The notes below the pieces were generated by a model, which worked only from the letters and a program-made list of their open reading frames with translations, searched no databases and was not told where the DNA came from. Of a DNA stretch of 64,000 nt, positions 27,478 to 37,042 are shown in pieces. A program made the position numbers and the translations under genes. Source of the stretch: Candidatus Shapirobacteria bacterium. Lineage in GTDB: Bacteria > Patescibacteriota > Microgenomatia > 0-14-0-10-38-17. Location: the NCBI GenBank assembly GCA_018052565.1, contig JAGPNC010000002.1, positions 6,648-70,647 on the forward strand, written 5' to 3'. Position 1 is the stretch's first letter, and every line of letters starts with the position of its first letter.

Positions 27478-30267
27478 ATGCTTTCTTTTCTTAAAAACAT
27501 TTTTGATGTTCAGGCGGCGGAGATTAAGCGCTTTTCCAAACTAGTGGAGAAAATTAATTTACAAGAAGAGGCGGTTAAGAAATTAAGCGACAAGGCGCTG
27601 GCGGCTAAGACGAAAGAGTTTACTTCTCGTCTGGAAAAAGAGCCGTTGGAATCTTTATTGACGGAGGCTTTTGCGGTGGTGCGCGAGGCATCGCGGCGAA
27701 CGATTGGCTTGCGTCATTTTGATGTTCAGCTGGTGGCGGCGGCGGCTCTTTTTGAAGGCAAAATTGCCGAGCAGAAAACCGGCGAGGGAAAAACTTTATC
27801 AGCCACGCCGGCGCTTTACCTTCGGGCGCTGGCAGGTAAGGGAGCGCATTTGGTAACCGTTAATGATTATTTGGCGCGGCGTGATGCGGGCTGGATGGGG
27901 CCAATATTCCATTTTTTGGGATTTTCGGTGGGCTGTTTAGTTCACGATCAGGCTTTTTTATTTGATCCTAATTTTTCTCAAGAAGCTGATGACCAGCGTT
28001 TGTCCCATTTGCGGCCGGTTTCAAGAAAAGAGGCTTATCAAGCGGATATTACTTATGGGACGAACAACGAGTTTGGCTTTGATTATCTTCGCGATAATTT
28101 AGTTTTCAATCTGCCCGATAAATCGCAGCGGGGTCATTATTTTGCGGTGGTAGACGAAGTTGACTTTGCCTTAATTGACGAGGCGAGAACCCCTTTGATT
28201 ATTTCTTCTCCTGAGCTTGAAGCGACCGATAAATATTATCAGTTTGCCCGGTTGGCCCGGGAGCTTAATAATGGGATTGATTATAAGGTTGATGAGGAAG
28301 CCAAGAATGTGCTTTTGACTGATCACGGCATTTCGAAGGTGGAAAAACGCCTCGGGGTGGAGAATCTTTATGAAAAAGATTTTGAAAGCATCCACCATTT
28401 AGAAAACGCCCTCAAGGCTAAGGAACTTTTTCGTCTTAACCGCGATTATGTAATTAAAGATGGCGAAGCGGTGATTGTGGATGAATTTACCGGCCGGTTA
28501 ATGTTTGGCAGGCGCTGGTCGGCGGGTTTGCATCAGGCGGTGGAGGCAAAAGAAGGGGTGAAAATCCAGCAGGAGTCAAAAACCTTAGCGACGATTTCTT
28601 TTCAGAATTACTTTCGTCTTTATGAAGTTCTGTCGGGGATGACAGGAACGGCCTATACCTCTCGAGAAGAGTTTAAGAAAATTTACGGCTTGGATACGCT
28701 GGTTATTCCTACTTATAAACCGATTAGAAGAATTGACCACCCTGACGCCATTTTTAAAACGCAACGGGCCAAATACACGGCGGTGGCTAACAAAGTGGAA
28801 GAGCTTCATAAAAAAGGCCAGCCGGTTTTGGTGGGGACAACTTCGATTGAGAAAAATGAGATCGTTTCAAGGCTTTTGGCCCATAAGGGTATTCCCCATC
28901 AGGTTTTAAATGCCAAAAACCATGAGAAGGAAGCGGGTGTGATTTCCCAGGCTGGGAAAAAGGGGGCGGTGACGGTGGCGACCAATATGGCCGGGAGGGG
29001 AGTAGATATTGTTTTGGGTGGAGAACCACCAAAAGAAAGTCAAAAGTCCCCGCCCAAGGCGGGTCCGCCTCTGGCGGAAAAAGTCCCCGCCCAAGGCGGG
29101 TCCGCCTCTGGCGGAAAAAGTTCAAAGCCAGAAAGACAGAATAGTAAAGAGGAGCAGCTAAGATGGCAGAAGGAGCATGAGGAAGTAATAAATCTGGGAG
29201 GGCTGTTTGTTTTAGGAACAGAGCGGCATGAAGCGAGGCGGATTGATAATCAACTACGCGGCCGTGCGGGTCGTTTGGGCGATCCGGGCGCTTCCCAGTT
29301 TTTTATTGCCCTAGACGATGATATGATGCGCGTTTTTGGTGGGGAGCAAATTGCCGGCTTGATGACCCGCTTTAATTTCCCCGATGACGTGCCGATTGAA
29401 AACAGCTTAATTAGCCGCTCTTTGGATCAGATTCAAGCCAAGGTAGAAAGCGTAAATTTTGATGCCCGTCGTTATCTGGTTGAATATGATGATGTTATCA
29501 ATAAGCAGCGGGAAGTTATTTATAAAATTAGGGATAAAGTTTTGCTTTGGGAGGAAGAAAAGAATTTTGCTGCTCTTAAAAAAGCAGTTTTGGAAAAAGT
29601 CAATCAAGAGCTGGAGGGGTTGGTTGATCGTTGTACTGATTATGCTAACGGCGAGAAAGGAAGGGTTGACGAGGGCGCCTTGTTGAATGAAGTTTTGGAA
29701 ATTATCCCCCTTCAGGATAAAGCAAGCTTAGGGAAAGAAATTCATCAGCAAGAGGCGGAGACGGTTAAGAAAATCTTGCATAATTTAGCCGAAAATTCCT
29801 GGCAAATGCTTGAGGAAAAAATAGGCAAGGATAATCTTCTTACCCTGGGCAAGTGGGTTTATCTTTCAACGATTGATCGTTTTTGGACAGAGCATCTTGA
29901 TAATATGGAGGCTTTGCGGGAAGGGATTTCGCTACGAGCTTATGGTCAGGAAAATCCTTTGGCGGCTTACAAAAAAGAGGCCTTTGAGGCTTTTGAAAAA
30001 TTAATGGCGGAGGTTGACTATCAGGTGAGCCGGCGGATTTTGCGCCTTGAGGTGAGAGAGCCTTCTTTTGTTTCCCCTTTCTCGGGTTTGGTTACTAACG
30101 CCGATCATTCTGACGGAATGGGGCTGGTTTCTGCTAATTTTGTGGGGCCATCAAGAAATGTTTCCCAGCCATTAGCGCCACGCCCTAAAACCCCAGGCCG
30201 TAATGATCTTTGCCCCTGCGGCAGCGGAAAAAAGTATAAGAAATGCTGTTATCCGAAATACGGGTAA
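27478..30267 (+). CDS. secA: preprotein translocase ATPase SecA carrying an in-frame repeat-element insertion
   Basis: DEAD-like motor motifs (KTGEGKTL, VTVNDYLARRD, DEVDFALIDEARTPLIIS, TNMAGRGVDIVLGG, GTERHEARRIDNQLRGRAGRLGDPG). The C-terminal Zn finger is CPCGSGKKYKKCC. Confidence 0.9.
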   Translation: MLSFLKNIFDVQAAEIKRFSKLVEKINLQEEAVKKLSDKALAAKTKEFTSRLEKEPLESLLTEAFAVVREASRRTIGLRHFDVQLVAAAALFEGKIAEQKTGEGKTLSATPALYLRALAGKGAHLVTVNDYLARRDAGWMGPIFHFLGFSVGCLVHDQAFLFDPNFSQEADDQRLSHLRPVSRKEAYQADITYGTNNEFGFDYLRDNLVFNLPDKSQRGHYFAVVDEVDFALIDEARTPLIISSPELEATDKYYQFARLARELNNGIDYKVDEEAKNVLLTDHGISKVEKRLGVENLYEKDFESIHHLENALKAKELFRLNRDYVIKDGEAVIVDEFTGRLMFGRRWSAGLHQAVEAKEGVKIQQESKTLATISFQNYFRLYEVLSGMTGTAYTSREEFKKIYGLDTLVIPTYKPIRRIDHPDAIFKTQRAKYTAVANKVEELHKKGQPVLVGTTSIEKNEIVSRLLAHKGIPHQVLNAKNHEKEAGVISQAGKKGAVTVATNMAGRGVDIVLGGEPPKESQKSPPKAGPPLAEKVPAQGGSASGGKSSKPERQNSKEEQLRWQKEHEEVINLGGLFVLGTERHEARRIDNQLRGRAGRLGDPGASQFFIALDDDMMRVFGGEQIAGLMTRFNFPDDVPIENSLISRSLDQIQAKVESVNFDARRYLVEYDDVINKQREVIYKIRDKVLLWEEEKNFAALKKAVLEKVNQELEGLVDRCTDYANGEKGRVDEGALLNEVLEIIPLQDKASLGKEIHQQEAETVKKILHNLAENSWQMLEEKIGKDNLLTLGKWVYLSTIDRFWTEHLDNMEALREGISLRAYGQENPLAAYKKEAFEAFEKLMAEVDYQVSRRILRLEVREPSFVSPFSGLVTNADHSDGMGLVSANFVGPSRNVSQPLAPRPKTPGRNDLCPCGSGKKYKKCCYPKYG
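29032..29125 (+). repeat. intergenic-type repeat (AAAAGT plus two 37-nt GC-core units) embedded in frame in secA
   Basis: aaagaaagtcaaaag, then tccccgcccaaggcgggtccgcctctggcggaaaaag twice (29047-29083 and 29084-29120). Because 37 is not a multiple of 3, the two copies are read in different frames, giving SPPKAGPPLAEK and VPAQGGSASGGK, between DIVLGG and GGLFVLGTERHE. Confidence 0.85.
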
Positions 30268-30269
30268 AA

Positions 30270-30385
30270 AAAATTCAAAATTCAAAAGTAAAAATGCAAA
30301 ATTACAAGTCAAAAGTTAAAAGTTTTTTTTGCTTCACTTTTTAATTTTAACTTGCACTTTTGACTTTTGAATTTTGAATTATAAC
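30270..30385. repeat. AAAAGT/ACTTTT hexamer hairpin
   Basis: aaaattcaaaattcaaaagtaaaaatgcaaaattacaagtcaaaagttaaaagt, a T-rich loop, then ctttttaattttaacttgcacttttgacttttgaattttgaatt. Confidence 0.8.
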
Positions 30386-30456
30386 TTTAGCCTTTACACT
30401 TTAAATTTTTTATAGCAGTATGAGGACTTTTTCGTTTATAATCTTTTTAACTATTT

Positions 30457-31470
30457 ATGGATAAAGAAGAGCTGCCAAGCCGTTTAAAAAATTTGGAGGA
30501 AAAGCTTAGCTTTGAGGCAAAGAAGAAACGTCTTGTTGAGCTTAGAAAAGAAAGCGAGAATCCCGCTCTTTGGCAAGATCACCAGCGGGCAGCCGAAATA
30601 ATGAAAGAGTTAGCTGATTTACAAAAGGAAGTGGAGACAATGGAAATGGCGGCTCTTTTTATTGAAGAAGGAGAGTGGGGGGAGGCTGAGAATTTACTGT
30701 CGCAATTAGAAAAAGAGCTTTACTTTTCCGGCCCCTATGACCGGGGAGGAGCCATAGTTACTATTCAGGCGGGGCAGGGGGGAACAGAGGCGATGGATTG
30801 GGCGGGGATGCTGGAGCGAATGTACCAGCGTTTTTTTGAAAAAAGGGGTTGGCGATATGAGATTTTGGATCGTTCTGTAGGCGAGGAAGCGGGGATTAAG
30901 GGCGTTACTATGAAAGTAGAAGGGAAAAATATTTATGGCGCCCTTAAGCATGAACAAGGGGCCCATCGCCTAGTGCGTCAGTCTCCTTTTAATGCTGATA
31001 AATTGCGTCAAACTTCTTTTGCGCGGGTGGAGGTTTTCCCTATTCTTCCCAAGGATGATTTTGAAATTAATGAAGATGAAATCGAATTTGAGGCTTTTCG
31101 GGCCGGTGGTCATGGTGGGCAAAATGTTAACAAGGTAGCCACAGCGGTGCGTTTACGCCATAAGCCGACAGGCATTGTCGTTTCTTGCCAGTCGCAGCGT
31201 TATCAGGCGCAAAATCGGGAACTGGCCATGGATCTTTTACGCCAAAAGCTTTGGGCGCTTCAAGAAGAAGAAAGGGAGAAAAAAGAAGCTCAAATCCGCG
31301 GTGAATATCACGCTCCCAGTTGGGGCCAGCAAATCAGGTCTTATGTTTTACACCCCTATAAAATGGTGAAAGACTTGCGTACTGGTTACCAAACAAGCAA
31401 TGCGGAAGCAGTCTTAGATGGTAATTTAGATTGTTTAATTGATGAAGAAATTAAAATCTTGGCAAGATAA
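30457..31470 (+). CDS. prfB: peptide chain release factor 2 (no programmed frameshift)
   Basis: Both the SPF tripeptide ([17 protein letters not shown]) and the GGQ motif ([13 protein letters not shown]) are present. The ORF is continuous from Met. Confidence 0.85.
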   Translation: MDKEELPSRLKNLEEKLSFEAKKKRLVELRKESENPALWQDHQRAAEIMKELADLQKEVETMEMAALFIEEGEWGEAENLLSQLEKELYFSGPYDRGGAIVTIQAGQGGTEAMDWAGMLERMYQRFFEKRGWRYEILDRSVGEEAGIKGVTMKVEGKNIYGALKHEQGAHRLVRQSPFNADKLRQTSFARVEVFPILPKDDFEINEDEIEFEAFRAGGHGGQNVNKVATAVRLRHKPTGIVVSCQSQRYQAQNRELAMDLLRQKLWALQEEEREKKEAQIRGEYHAPSWGQQIRSYVLHPYKMVKDLRTGYQTSNAEAVLDGNLDCLIDEEIKILAR

Positions 31471-31508
31471 AAAAATTATGTTATAGTGGGTTCAAACAAT
31501 TAAAAAAC

Positions 31509-32006
31509 ATGGCAGAAGAAGAAACTTATCTAATAAACGAGTCAGGAGAAAATCAAGAAACACCAAAAGGGGAAGGGAGAGAAGAAAACTTTTTTTCCTC
31601 TCCCAAGGGGAAAATTATCGCCGCGGTAGTGGCGGTGGTGGTAATTGGCTTGGGTGTTTTGACGGGAAAATCTTTAGCTAAACCAGGAGAGAAGGAAATA
31701 AAAACGGTAGTTTCTGGGGTAGCTGAGGGGGAGGAAGTAAGGGCGGGGATGGAGTTAGGCCTTCCCGATGCCCAGAAAACATTTAAAGATAGCGCGATTG
31801 GGGTCGTAAGAGAAGGGGGGGTTGACGGCGAAGGAACCCATCATTTGGAGCGCGAAGGCGGTCCTTCGCAGAATGTTTATCTTACTTCTTCAACGGTAGA
31901 CCTAAGCCAGCTGGTGAATCATAAAGTCCAAGTTTGGGGAGAGACTTTTGCCAGCCAGAAAGCAGGCTGGTTTATGGATGTTGTTAAAGTAAAAGTTCTA
32001 GAATAG
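31509..32006 (+). CDS. hypothetical membrane-anchored protein
   Basis: Acidic N-terminus, one transmembrane segment (IIAAVVAVVVIGLGVLTG), then a Gly/Glu-rich domain of about 110 aa. Confidence 0.45.
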   Translation: MAEEETYLINESGENQETPKGEGREENFFSSPKGKIIAAVVAVVVIGLGVLTGKSLAKPGEKEIKTVVSGVAEGEEVRAGMELGLPDAQKTFKDSAIGVVREGGVDGEGTHHLEREGGPSQNVYLTSSTVDLSQLVNHKVQVWGETFASQKAGWFMDVVKVKVLE

Positions 32007-32024
32007 AAAAAATGTCTCCTTATA

Positions 32025-32756
32025 ATGATGACTGCCGAGGAAAACGAAACAGCGGAAAATAAAAAGAAGCCGGTGGTGAGATTGGAGAAAGTAGGGAAAA
32101 AATTTGGTCCGCTGACAATTTTTGAAGAAATTACTTTTTCTCTTTTCCCCGGGGAATTTGCTTTTTTGGTAGGGCCTTCAGGGTCGGGAAAAACAACCCT
32201 TCTTCGTTTAATTTACCGTGAACTTTTGCCAAGCACGGGGGAAATTTTTTTGGACGAGGAAAAAATTTCCGAGAAAATTTCGGGGCGGAGACTTTGTGAG
32301 ATAAGGAGAAAAATTGGTCGGGTTTTCCAGGATTTGAAGATAATTCAGGACCGGACCGCTTGGGAAAATCTGATGCTGGCTTTCCAAATCTTGGGAAAAA
32401 ACGAGAAGGAAGCAAGAAGTGAAATGGAGGAAATTTTGACACTGGTTGGTCTTGGGGAAAGGATAAATCTTTTCCCCAATCAGCTGTCAGAGGGAGAAAA
32501 GCAGCGGCTGGGAATTGCCCGGGCTTTGGTAGGGGAACCGGAAATTCTTTTAGTTGATGAGCCGACTAGTAATTTGGATCCGGCCAACACCTGGCAAATT
32601 ATGAAGCTTTTAGACAAAATCAACAGAAGGGGGATTGCGGTTTTGTTATCTACCCACGATGAAGATCTGGTAAACTCTTTACAAAAAAGAGTGATTGAGC
32701 TTGGAGAAGGAAAATTATTAAGAGACGAGCCAAAAGGAGGTTACGCGTCAAAATGA
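32025..32756 (+). CDS. ftsE: cell division ATP-binding protein FtsE
   Basis: Walker A GPSGSGKTTLL, signature LSEGEKQRLGIARAL and Walker B LLVDEPTSNLD. It is followed by ftsX, with the two coding regions overlapping. Confidence 0.85.
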   Translation: MMTAEENETAENKKKPVVRLEKVGKKFGPLTIFEEITFSLFPGEFAFLVGPSGSGKTTLLRLIYRELLPSTGEIFLDEEKISEKISGRRLCEIRRKIGRVFQDLKIIQDRTAWENLMLAFQILGKNEKEARSEMEEILTLVGLGERINLFPNQLSEGEKQRLGIARALVGEPEILLVDEPTSNLDPANTWQIMKLLDKINRRGIAVLLSTHDEDLVNSLQKRVIELGEGKLLRDEPKGGYASK

Positions 32757-33640
32757 ATAGCTTTAAAACAGCCCTAAACCATATTCGCCGTTCTCCCTAC
32801 CAGACGGTTTTGATTATTTTGGTTTTGTTTTTTTCCTTTTTTCTTTTAACCTCTTTTGCCGTTTTAGCTTTTGCTTCGCAAAAAATTCTGACCTTTTTTG
32901 AGGCCAAACCGCAGGCAATCGCTTATTTAAAAGATGAAGCGACAGCCGAGCAGGTGCAGGCGGTTATTGATAAACTTAAGACCACAGGGAAGGTTAAGGA
33001 GATAAAATATGTTTCTAAAGAAGAAGCGCTCAAAATTTATCAGGAGGCCAACAAGGATAATCCTCTGCTTTTGGAGATGGTGACCGCCGACATTCTGCCG
33101 GCAAGTTTAGAAATTTCTGCCACTAATATTGCCTATCTTGAGGAGTTGGCTTCTATTTTAGAGCAAGAAGAGATTGTTTCTGTTTCCGAAAGCGGCAGAA
33201 AAGAAATTGATTTTGCCAAGGACATTGCCACCTCGCTGCGGCAGTGGACACAGACAATTAGAAAAGTGGGAATAGGCTTGGGCGCTTTTTTGGTAGCGGA
33301 GTGCTTTTTGCTTATCTTGGTAATTACCTCGATGAAAATTGCCCTGAGACGTGAGGAAGTAGAAATTGTCCGTCTTTTAGGTGGCTCTTCTTGGTTTGCG
33401 CGCCTGCCGTTTTTGCTCGAAGGGGCGATTTATGGTTTTTTTGGTTCACTTTTGGGAGCGGGGGCAACCTATTTGCTTTTAAGTCAGGGCGGAAAAACAG
33501 CCGAGCAATTTTTAGGAAATATTGGTATTTTCCCTCTGCCATCTTCTTTTCTCTTGGCGCTTTTTGGGGGAAACGTCATTTTTGCTTCTTTTCTTTGTTC
33601 CCTGGCCAGTTTTACCGCTACGAGACGATACCTAAAATAG
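32753..33640 (+). CDS. ftsX: cell division permease-like protein FtsX
   Basis: One N-terminal transmembrane segment, a periplasmic domain of about 100 aa, and three C-terminal transmembrane helices with the FtsX-type LRREEVEIVRLLGGS motif. Confidence 0.8.
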   Translation: MNSFKTALNHIRRSPYQTVLIILVLFFSFFLLTSFAVLAFASQKILTFFEAKPQAIAYLKDEATAEQVQAVIDKLKTTGKVKEIKYVSKEEALKIYQEANKDNPLLLEMVTADILPASLEISATNIAYLEELASILEQEEIVSVSESGRKEIDFAKDIATSLRQWTQTIRKVGIGLGAFLVAECFLLILVITSMKIALRREEVEIVRLLGGSSWFARLPFLLEGAIYGFFGSLLGAGATYLLLSQGGKTAEQFLGNIGIFPLPSSFLLALFGGNVIFASFLCSLASFTATRRYLK

Positions 33641-33699
33641 CTTCGCGTTTTCTTTTTCAGCAAGGAGGATTTTTGCAAAAGGCGGCCGAAGTGTGGCAT

Positions 33700-33830
33700 A
33701 ATGGAAGAAAAATTAAAAGTCAAAAGTTAAAAGTTAAAAGTCCAAGTAAAAATTCAAAAGTGAAGCAAAAAAAACTTTTGACTTTTAACTTGCAATTTTG
33801 AATTTTGCATTTTGACTTTTGAATTTATAA
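33700..33830. repeat. AAAAGT/ACTTTT hexamer hairpin
   Basis: aaagtcaaaagttaaaagttaaaagtccaagtaaaaattcaaaagtgaagc, aaaaaaa, then acttttgacttttaacttgcaattttgaattttgcattttgacttttgaattt. The arms are about 80% complementary. Confidence 0.8.
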
Positions 33831-33862
33831 CTTATTGTTTATTCAATTAAATGTTTTTAAAA

Positions 33863-35050
33863 ATGGAAAATATGAGGAAAAGAAAAAAGCTGTTTTGGTT
33901 TCTTTTTGCCGTTTTCGTCGGTTTTTTTCTTTGCGCCTGCTCAACGGTTTTAGCTGATGAGGTGAGCGATAAGTTTAACAATTTGCAGAACCAAATTAGT
34001 GATTTGGAAAAAAAGCTTGAGGAAACGCGGGGACAGAAACAAACTCTTTCTTCCCAAATCGCCTATATGAATCAGCAAATCCAAATTGCCCAGCTAAAAA
34101 TTAACCAAACTCAAGCCCAAATAAGTACCCTGGAGGAAGAAATTGACGATCTTTCTTTGAAAATTGATCGTCTGGATGTTTCTTTGGATAAGCTTTCCCA
34201 ACTCCTTCTGTGTCGGGTGGTAGAGACTTATAAAAAAGGCCAGACAGAACCGGCCCTGCTTCTTTTCGCCGCTGATGATATGAGCCAATTTTTAACCAAT
34301 TATCGTTATCTTCAAGAAGCGCAAAAGCATGATAAGGCCTTAATCTTGGCGGTACAGGAAGCGCGCAATAACTTTGATGCCCAAAAAACGCTCAAAGAAG
34401 AAAAACAAGCGGAGCTGGAGAAATTGAGAGCTCAACTTCAACAGCAAAATAATCTCTTGGCTCAGCAGAAAGCGGACAAAGAACATCTTTTGGCGGTAAC
34501 TAAAAGCAATGAAGCTTTATATCAACAGATGCTTGCTAATGCTTTGGCGGAGCTTCAAGCCATTCAGGCGATTGTAGCTGGCAGAGGAGAAGAAAAAGAA
34601 GTTGGAGCGGTAAAACAGGGGGAAAAAATTGCCACGGTTATTCAGGGTAAATCTTCCTGCTCGACGGGAACGCATTTGCATTTTGAGGTGCGGGAGGGGA
34701 GTGGCCTTAAAAATCCTTTTTCTTATCTTTCCCCGACTTCGTTAACTAATGATTCTGGTGGTGATGAATATTTTTTTGGGGGCGATTGGCCTTGGCCGTT
34801 AAGCGGTTCGATCAGATTAACTCAAGGTTTTGGCAACACCTGGTGGGTGCGTTCTGGGGGGGCGAATTATCCTTCTCATACCGGAATTGATATTGTTTCC
34901 GACAATAGCGCTGTGGCGGCAGTCAAGGAAGGAACTTTATATAACGGTTCAATTAAGTGTGGCGGTGGAAATTTATTTTATGTGAGGGTCGATCATGCCG
35001 ATTCTGGCCTTGACACCTATTATCTTCATGTCAACTACGCCAAGCTTTAA
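33863..35050 (+). CDS. M23 (LytM-type) peptidase with N-terminal coiled coil (EnvC-like partner of FtsEX)
   Basis: Signal/transmembrane segment, a heptad-rich coiled coil of about 200 aa, and the M23 motifs GTHLHFEV ... HTGIDI. It lies immediately downstream of ftsEX. Confidence 0.75.
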   Translation: MENMRKRKKLFWFLFAVFVGFFLCACSTVLADEVSDKFNNLQNQISDLEKKLEETRGQKQTLSSQIAYMNQQIQIAQLKINQTQAQISTLEEEIDDLSLKIDRLDVSLDKLSQLLLCRVVETYKKGQTEPALLLFAADDMSQFLTNYRYLQEAQKHDKALILAVQEARNNFDAQKTLKEEKQAELEKLRAQLQQQNNLLAQQKADKEHLLAVTKSNEALYQQMLANALAELQAIQAIVAGRGEEKEVGAVKQGEKIATVIQGKSSCSTGTHLHFEVREGSGLKNPFSYLSPTSLTNDSGGDEYFFGGDWPWPLSGSIRLTQGFGNTWWVRSGGANYPSHTGIDIVSDNSAVAAVKEGTLYNGSIKCGGGNLFYVRVDHADSGLDTYYLHVNYAKL

Positions 35051-35135
35051 AAGGGCAGGCCAGCTAAAAAACTTTATCTTTCTCGTGATTTTAATTAGTC
35101 CCGCTATTTTTGGTAAAAAACAGGGTCATTTTTTT

Positions 35136-35161
35136 ACTCCATTGCTATGTAGTAATGGAGT
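35136..35161. repeat. hairpin ACTCCATTGCTATGTAGTAATGGAGT (copy 2 of the 25445 element)
   Basis: Near-identical to 25445-25470. It lies downstream of the M23 peptidase gene. Confidence 0.55.
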
Positions 35162-35285
35162 AAATGGAGATTAAGATAATCTTTTCTGATAAATCTATTA
35201 TTTTTGCCCCGAAATGCTCTAAGGCATTTCAGGGGTCAATCAGCCTAAGATGTAAAAATAAAATTTTCTTCTTGATAAAAAGAAT

Positions 35286-36638
35286 TTGGTTTTTAATAAT
35301 GAGAATATTGTGGGCAAAAAGAGAATCTTTTTTCTTTTATCGGGAGCGGCTATCTTCTTTTTTTTAGCAAAAGAGGTGTTGGCAATCAATTTTGGCGATG
35401 TGGTTATTAATGAGGTAATGTGGATGGGAACTGCAGCATCGTTCAGCGACGAGTGGATAGAGCTTTTCAATCTAACTGATAAGGAAATAAGTTTATCTGG
35501 CTGGATTTTAGCCGCGGAAGATAACACTCCATATATAAACTTAGAGGGAAAGATTGGGCCACAAGCATTTTTTCTATTAGAGAGAAGCGATGATCAAACA
35601 GTTAGTAATGTCCCCGCTGACCAAATTTATACAGGTGATTTAAATAATAACGGCGAACATTTATTTTTATTTTTAAAAAATGATCAGTCTCAAGTTATTA
35701 TTGATGAACTTAATGCTTCTAGGGGTTGGCCTGCAGGAAGTAATGATTTAAAGGCAAGTATGGCTCGGCAGAGTGATGGTGGCTGGTTGACAAGTGATGT
35801 TGGCCAAGGTAAAGATGCTAATGGTGATTTTATAAATGGGACACCCCGAGAGGCGAACAGGTTCTTGCCTACACCAACATTAACTCCGCCACCGACGTTG
35901 ATAATATCGCCTTCACCTGCCCCCTCCGCCCCTACCCCAACAACGCCGATAACGGCAACATCTGTTCTCTCTCCGACAAAAGTGCCTACTCCCTCCTTGG
36001 CTTCGGCAAAGGCAACTTACCAAATTAACGAAGTGAGAAATGAGAAAGGAGAAGCTCTTTCCAGTGTTAAGATTTATGTTGATGATCAATACATCCATCA
36101 TTATGCGCCGGAAGTTTTAGAATTTTGCGACGCTTGCTTCTGCGATAGTGAGAAAAAAGTTGCCTGCGGTTTTGGTGAACACACTATTAGGCTTGAGAAA
36201 AATGGTTATCAAGATTGGGAAGAAGAAAAAACGATTGAAGTAGGGAATTCTTATCTTGTTAACCCCGTGATGATTTTTCCCTTCTTGACGCTTACCCCCA
36301 CTGCTGTGTCGATGCTGACACCGTCGTCAAAAGCAGAAAAAGAAGAAAATCTTTTGCCAACAATAACCTCTTTATTAAGCCCTAATTTTTCCCCTTCACC
36401 GTTTTTATTTTTAAATAATTTTTCTCTTTTGCCTAAGAAGCTTGTTGGTAAAGAAGAAGAGATAGCTAACGTTAACGAGGCGGGCCAGGTTTTAGGAGAA
36501 CAGGAAGAAAAAGAAAAGCAAACCCCTGACTGGTATTTTGTGGTTGGCGCTTTTTATTTGGGCACTTCCGGCTGGCGCTTATCAAGGAAAAGTGGTGATG
36601 ATATAATGGAAAAGTTGGATTTTAAAGAGGAAAAATGA
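35286..36638 (+). CDS. secreted lamin-tail-domain (LTD) protein with Pro/Thr-rich linker
   Basis: Signal peptide, then VVINEVMWMGTAASFSDEWIELFNLTD, which is the LTD signature. A PT-rich linker (PTPTLTPPPTLIISPSPAPSAPTPTTPITATS) follows. GTG at 35313 may be the true start. Confidence 0.7.
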   Translation: MVFNNENIVGKKRIFFLLSGAAIFFFLAKEVLAINFGDVVINEVMWMGTAASFSDEWIELFNLTDKEISLSGWILAAEDNTPYINLEGKIGPQAFFLLERSDDQTVSNVPADQIYTGDLNNNGEHLFLFLKNDQSQVIIDELNASRGWPAGSNDLKASMARQSDGGWLTSDVGQGKDANGDFINGTPREANRFLPTPTLTPPPTLIISPSPAPSAPTPTTPITATSVLSPTKVPTPSLASAKATYQINEVRNEKGEALSSVKIYVDDQYIHHYAPEVLEFCDACFCDSEKKVACGFGEHTIRLEKNGYQDWEEEKTIEVGNSYLVNPVMIFPFLTLTPTAVSMLTPSSKAEKEENLLPTITSLLSPNFSPSPFLFLNNFSLLPKKLVGKEEEIANVNEAGQVLGEQEEKEKQTPDWYFVVGAFYLGTSGWRLSRKSGDDIMEKLDFKEEK

Positions 36639-37042
36639 AAAAAGCCATTTCTTTTCTTAACCGTTTTTTGCCGCCTGTCTTGGTGATGGCTTTAATTTTT
36701 TATCTTTCTTCTCGCTCTTCTTTTTCAGTTTCCCAAAATTTTTGGTTAAATTTTTTTGTTTTTAAAACCTTACATTTTTTGGAGTTTGGGTTTTTATTTT
36801 TGCTTTGGGTACGCGCCTTTGCTGGCAAAAAAAATCGCTTTTGGCTGGCTTTTCTTTTAAGTTTTTTTTGGGCGCTAACCGATGAGGTTCACCAGCTTTT
36901 TGTCCCTACACGGGAAGGAACAATCCGTGATATGCTTATTGATACGGCCGGCATTTTATTTTTTTGGTGGCTTTTATGGAGTATCTTACCAAAAGCGCCC
37001 AAGAAACTAAAAGATTGGGCAAAAAAATTGGCGCTAGTCTAG
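36635..37042 (+). CDS. VanZ-like membrane protein
   Basis: Four transmembrane segments and ALTDEVHQLFVPTREGTIRDMLIDTAG, a VanZ-family motif. Confidence 0.6.
   Translation: MKKAISFLNRFLPPVLVMALIFYLSSRSSFSVSQNFWLNFFVFKTLHFLEFGFLFLLWVRAFAGKKNRFWLAFLLSFFWALTDEVHQLFVPTREGTIRDMLIDTAGILFFWWLLWSILPKAPKKLKDWAKKLALV

Noticed and set aside
28787-29125. 112-aa minus-strand ORF overlapping the secA repeat insertion
   Set aside because: Antisense to secA. Its Pro/Gly-rich translation is just the GC-core repeat read backwards.
30457-30540. Programmed +1 frameshift site in prfB
   Set aside because: The RF2 ORF is continuous from its Met with no in-frame stop near codon 25, so no frameshift is needed here.
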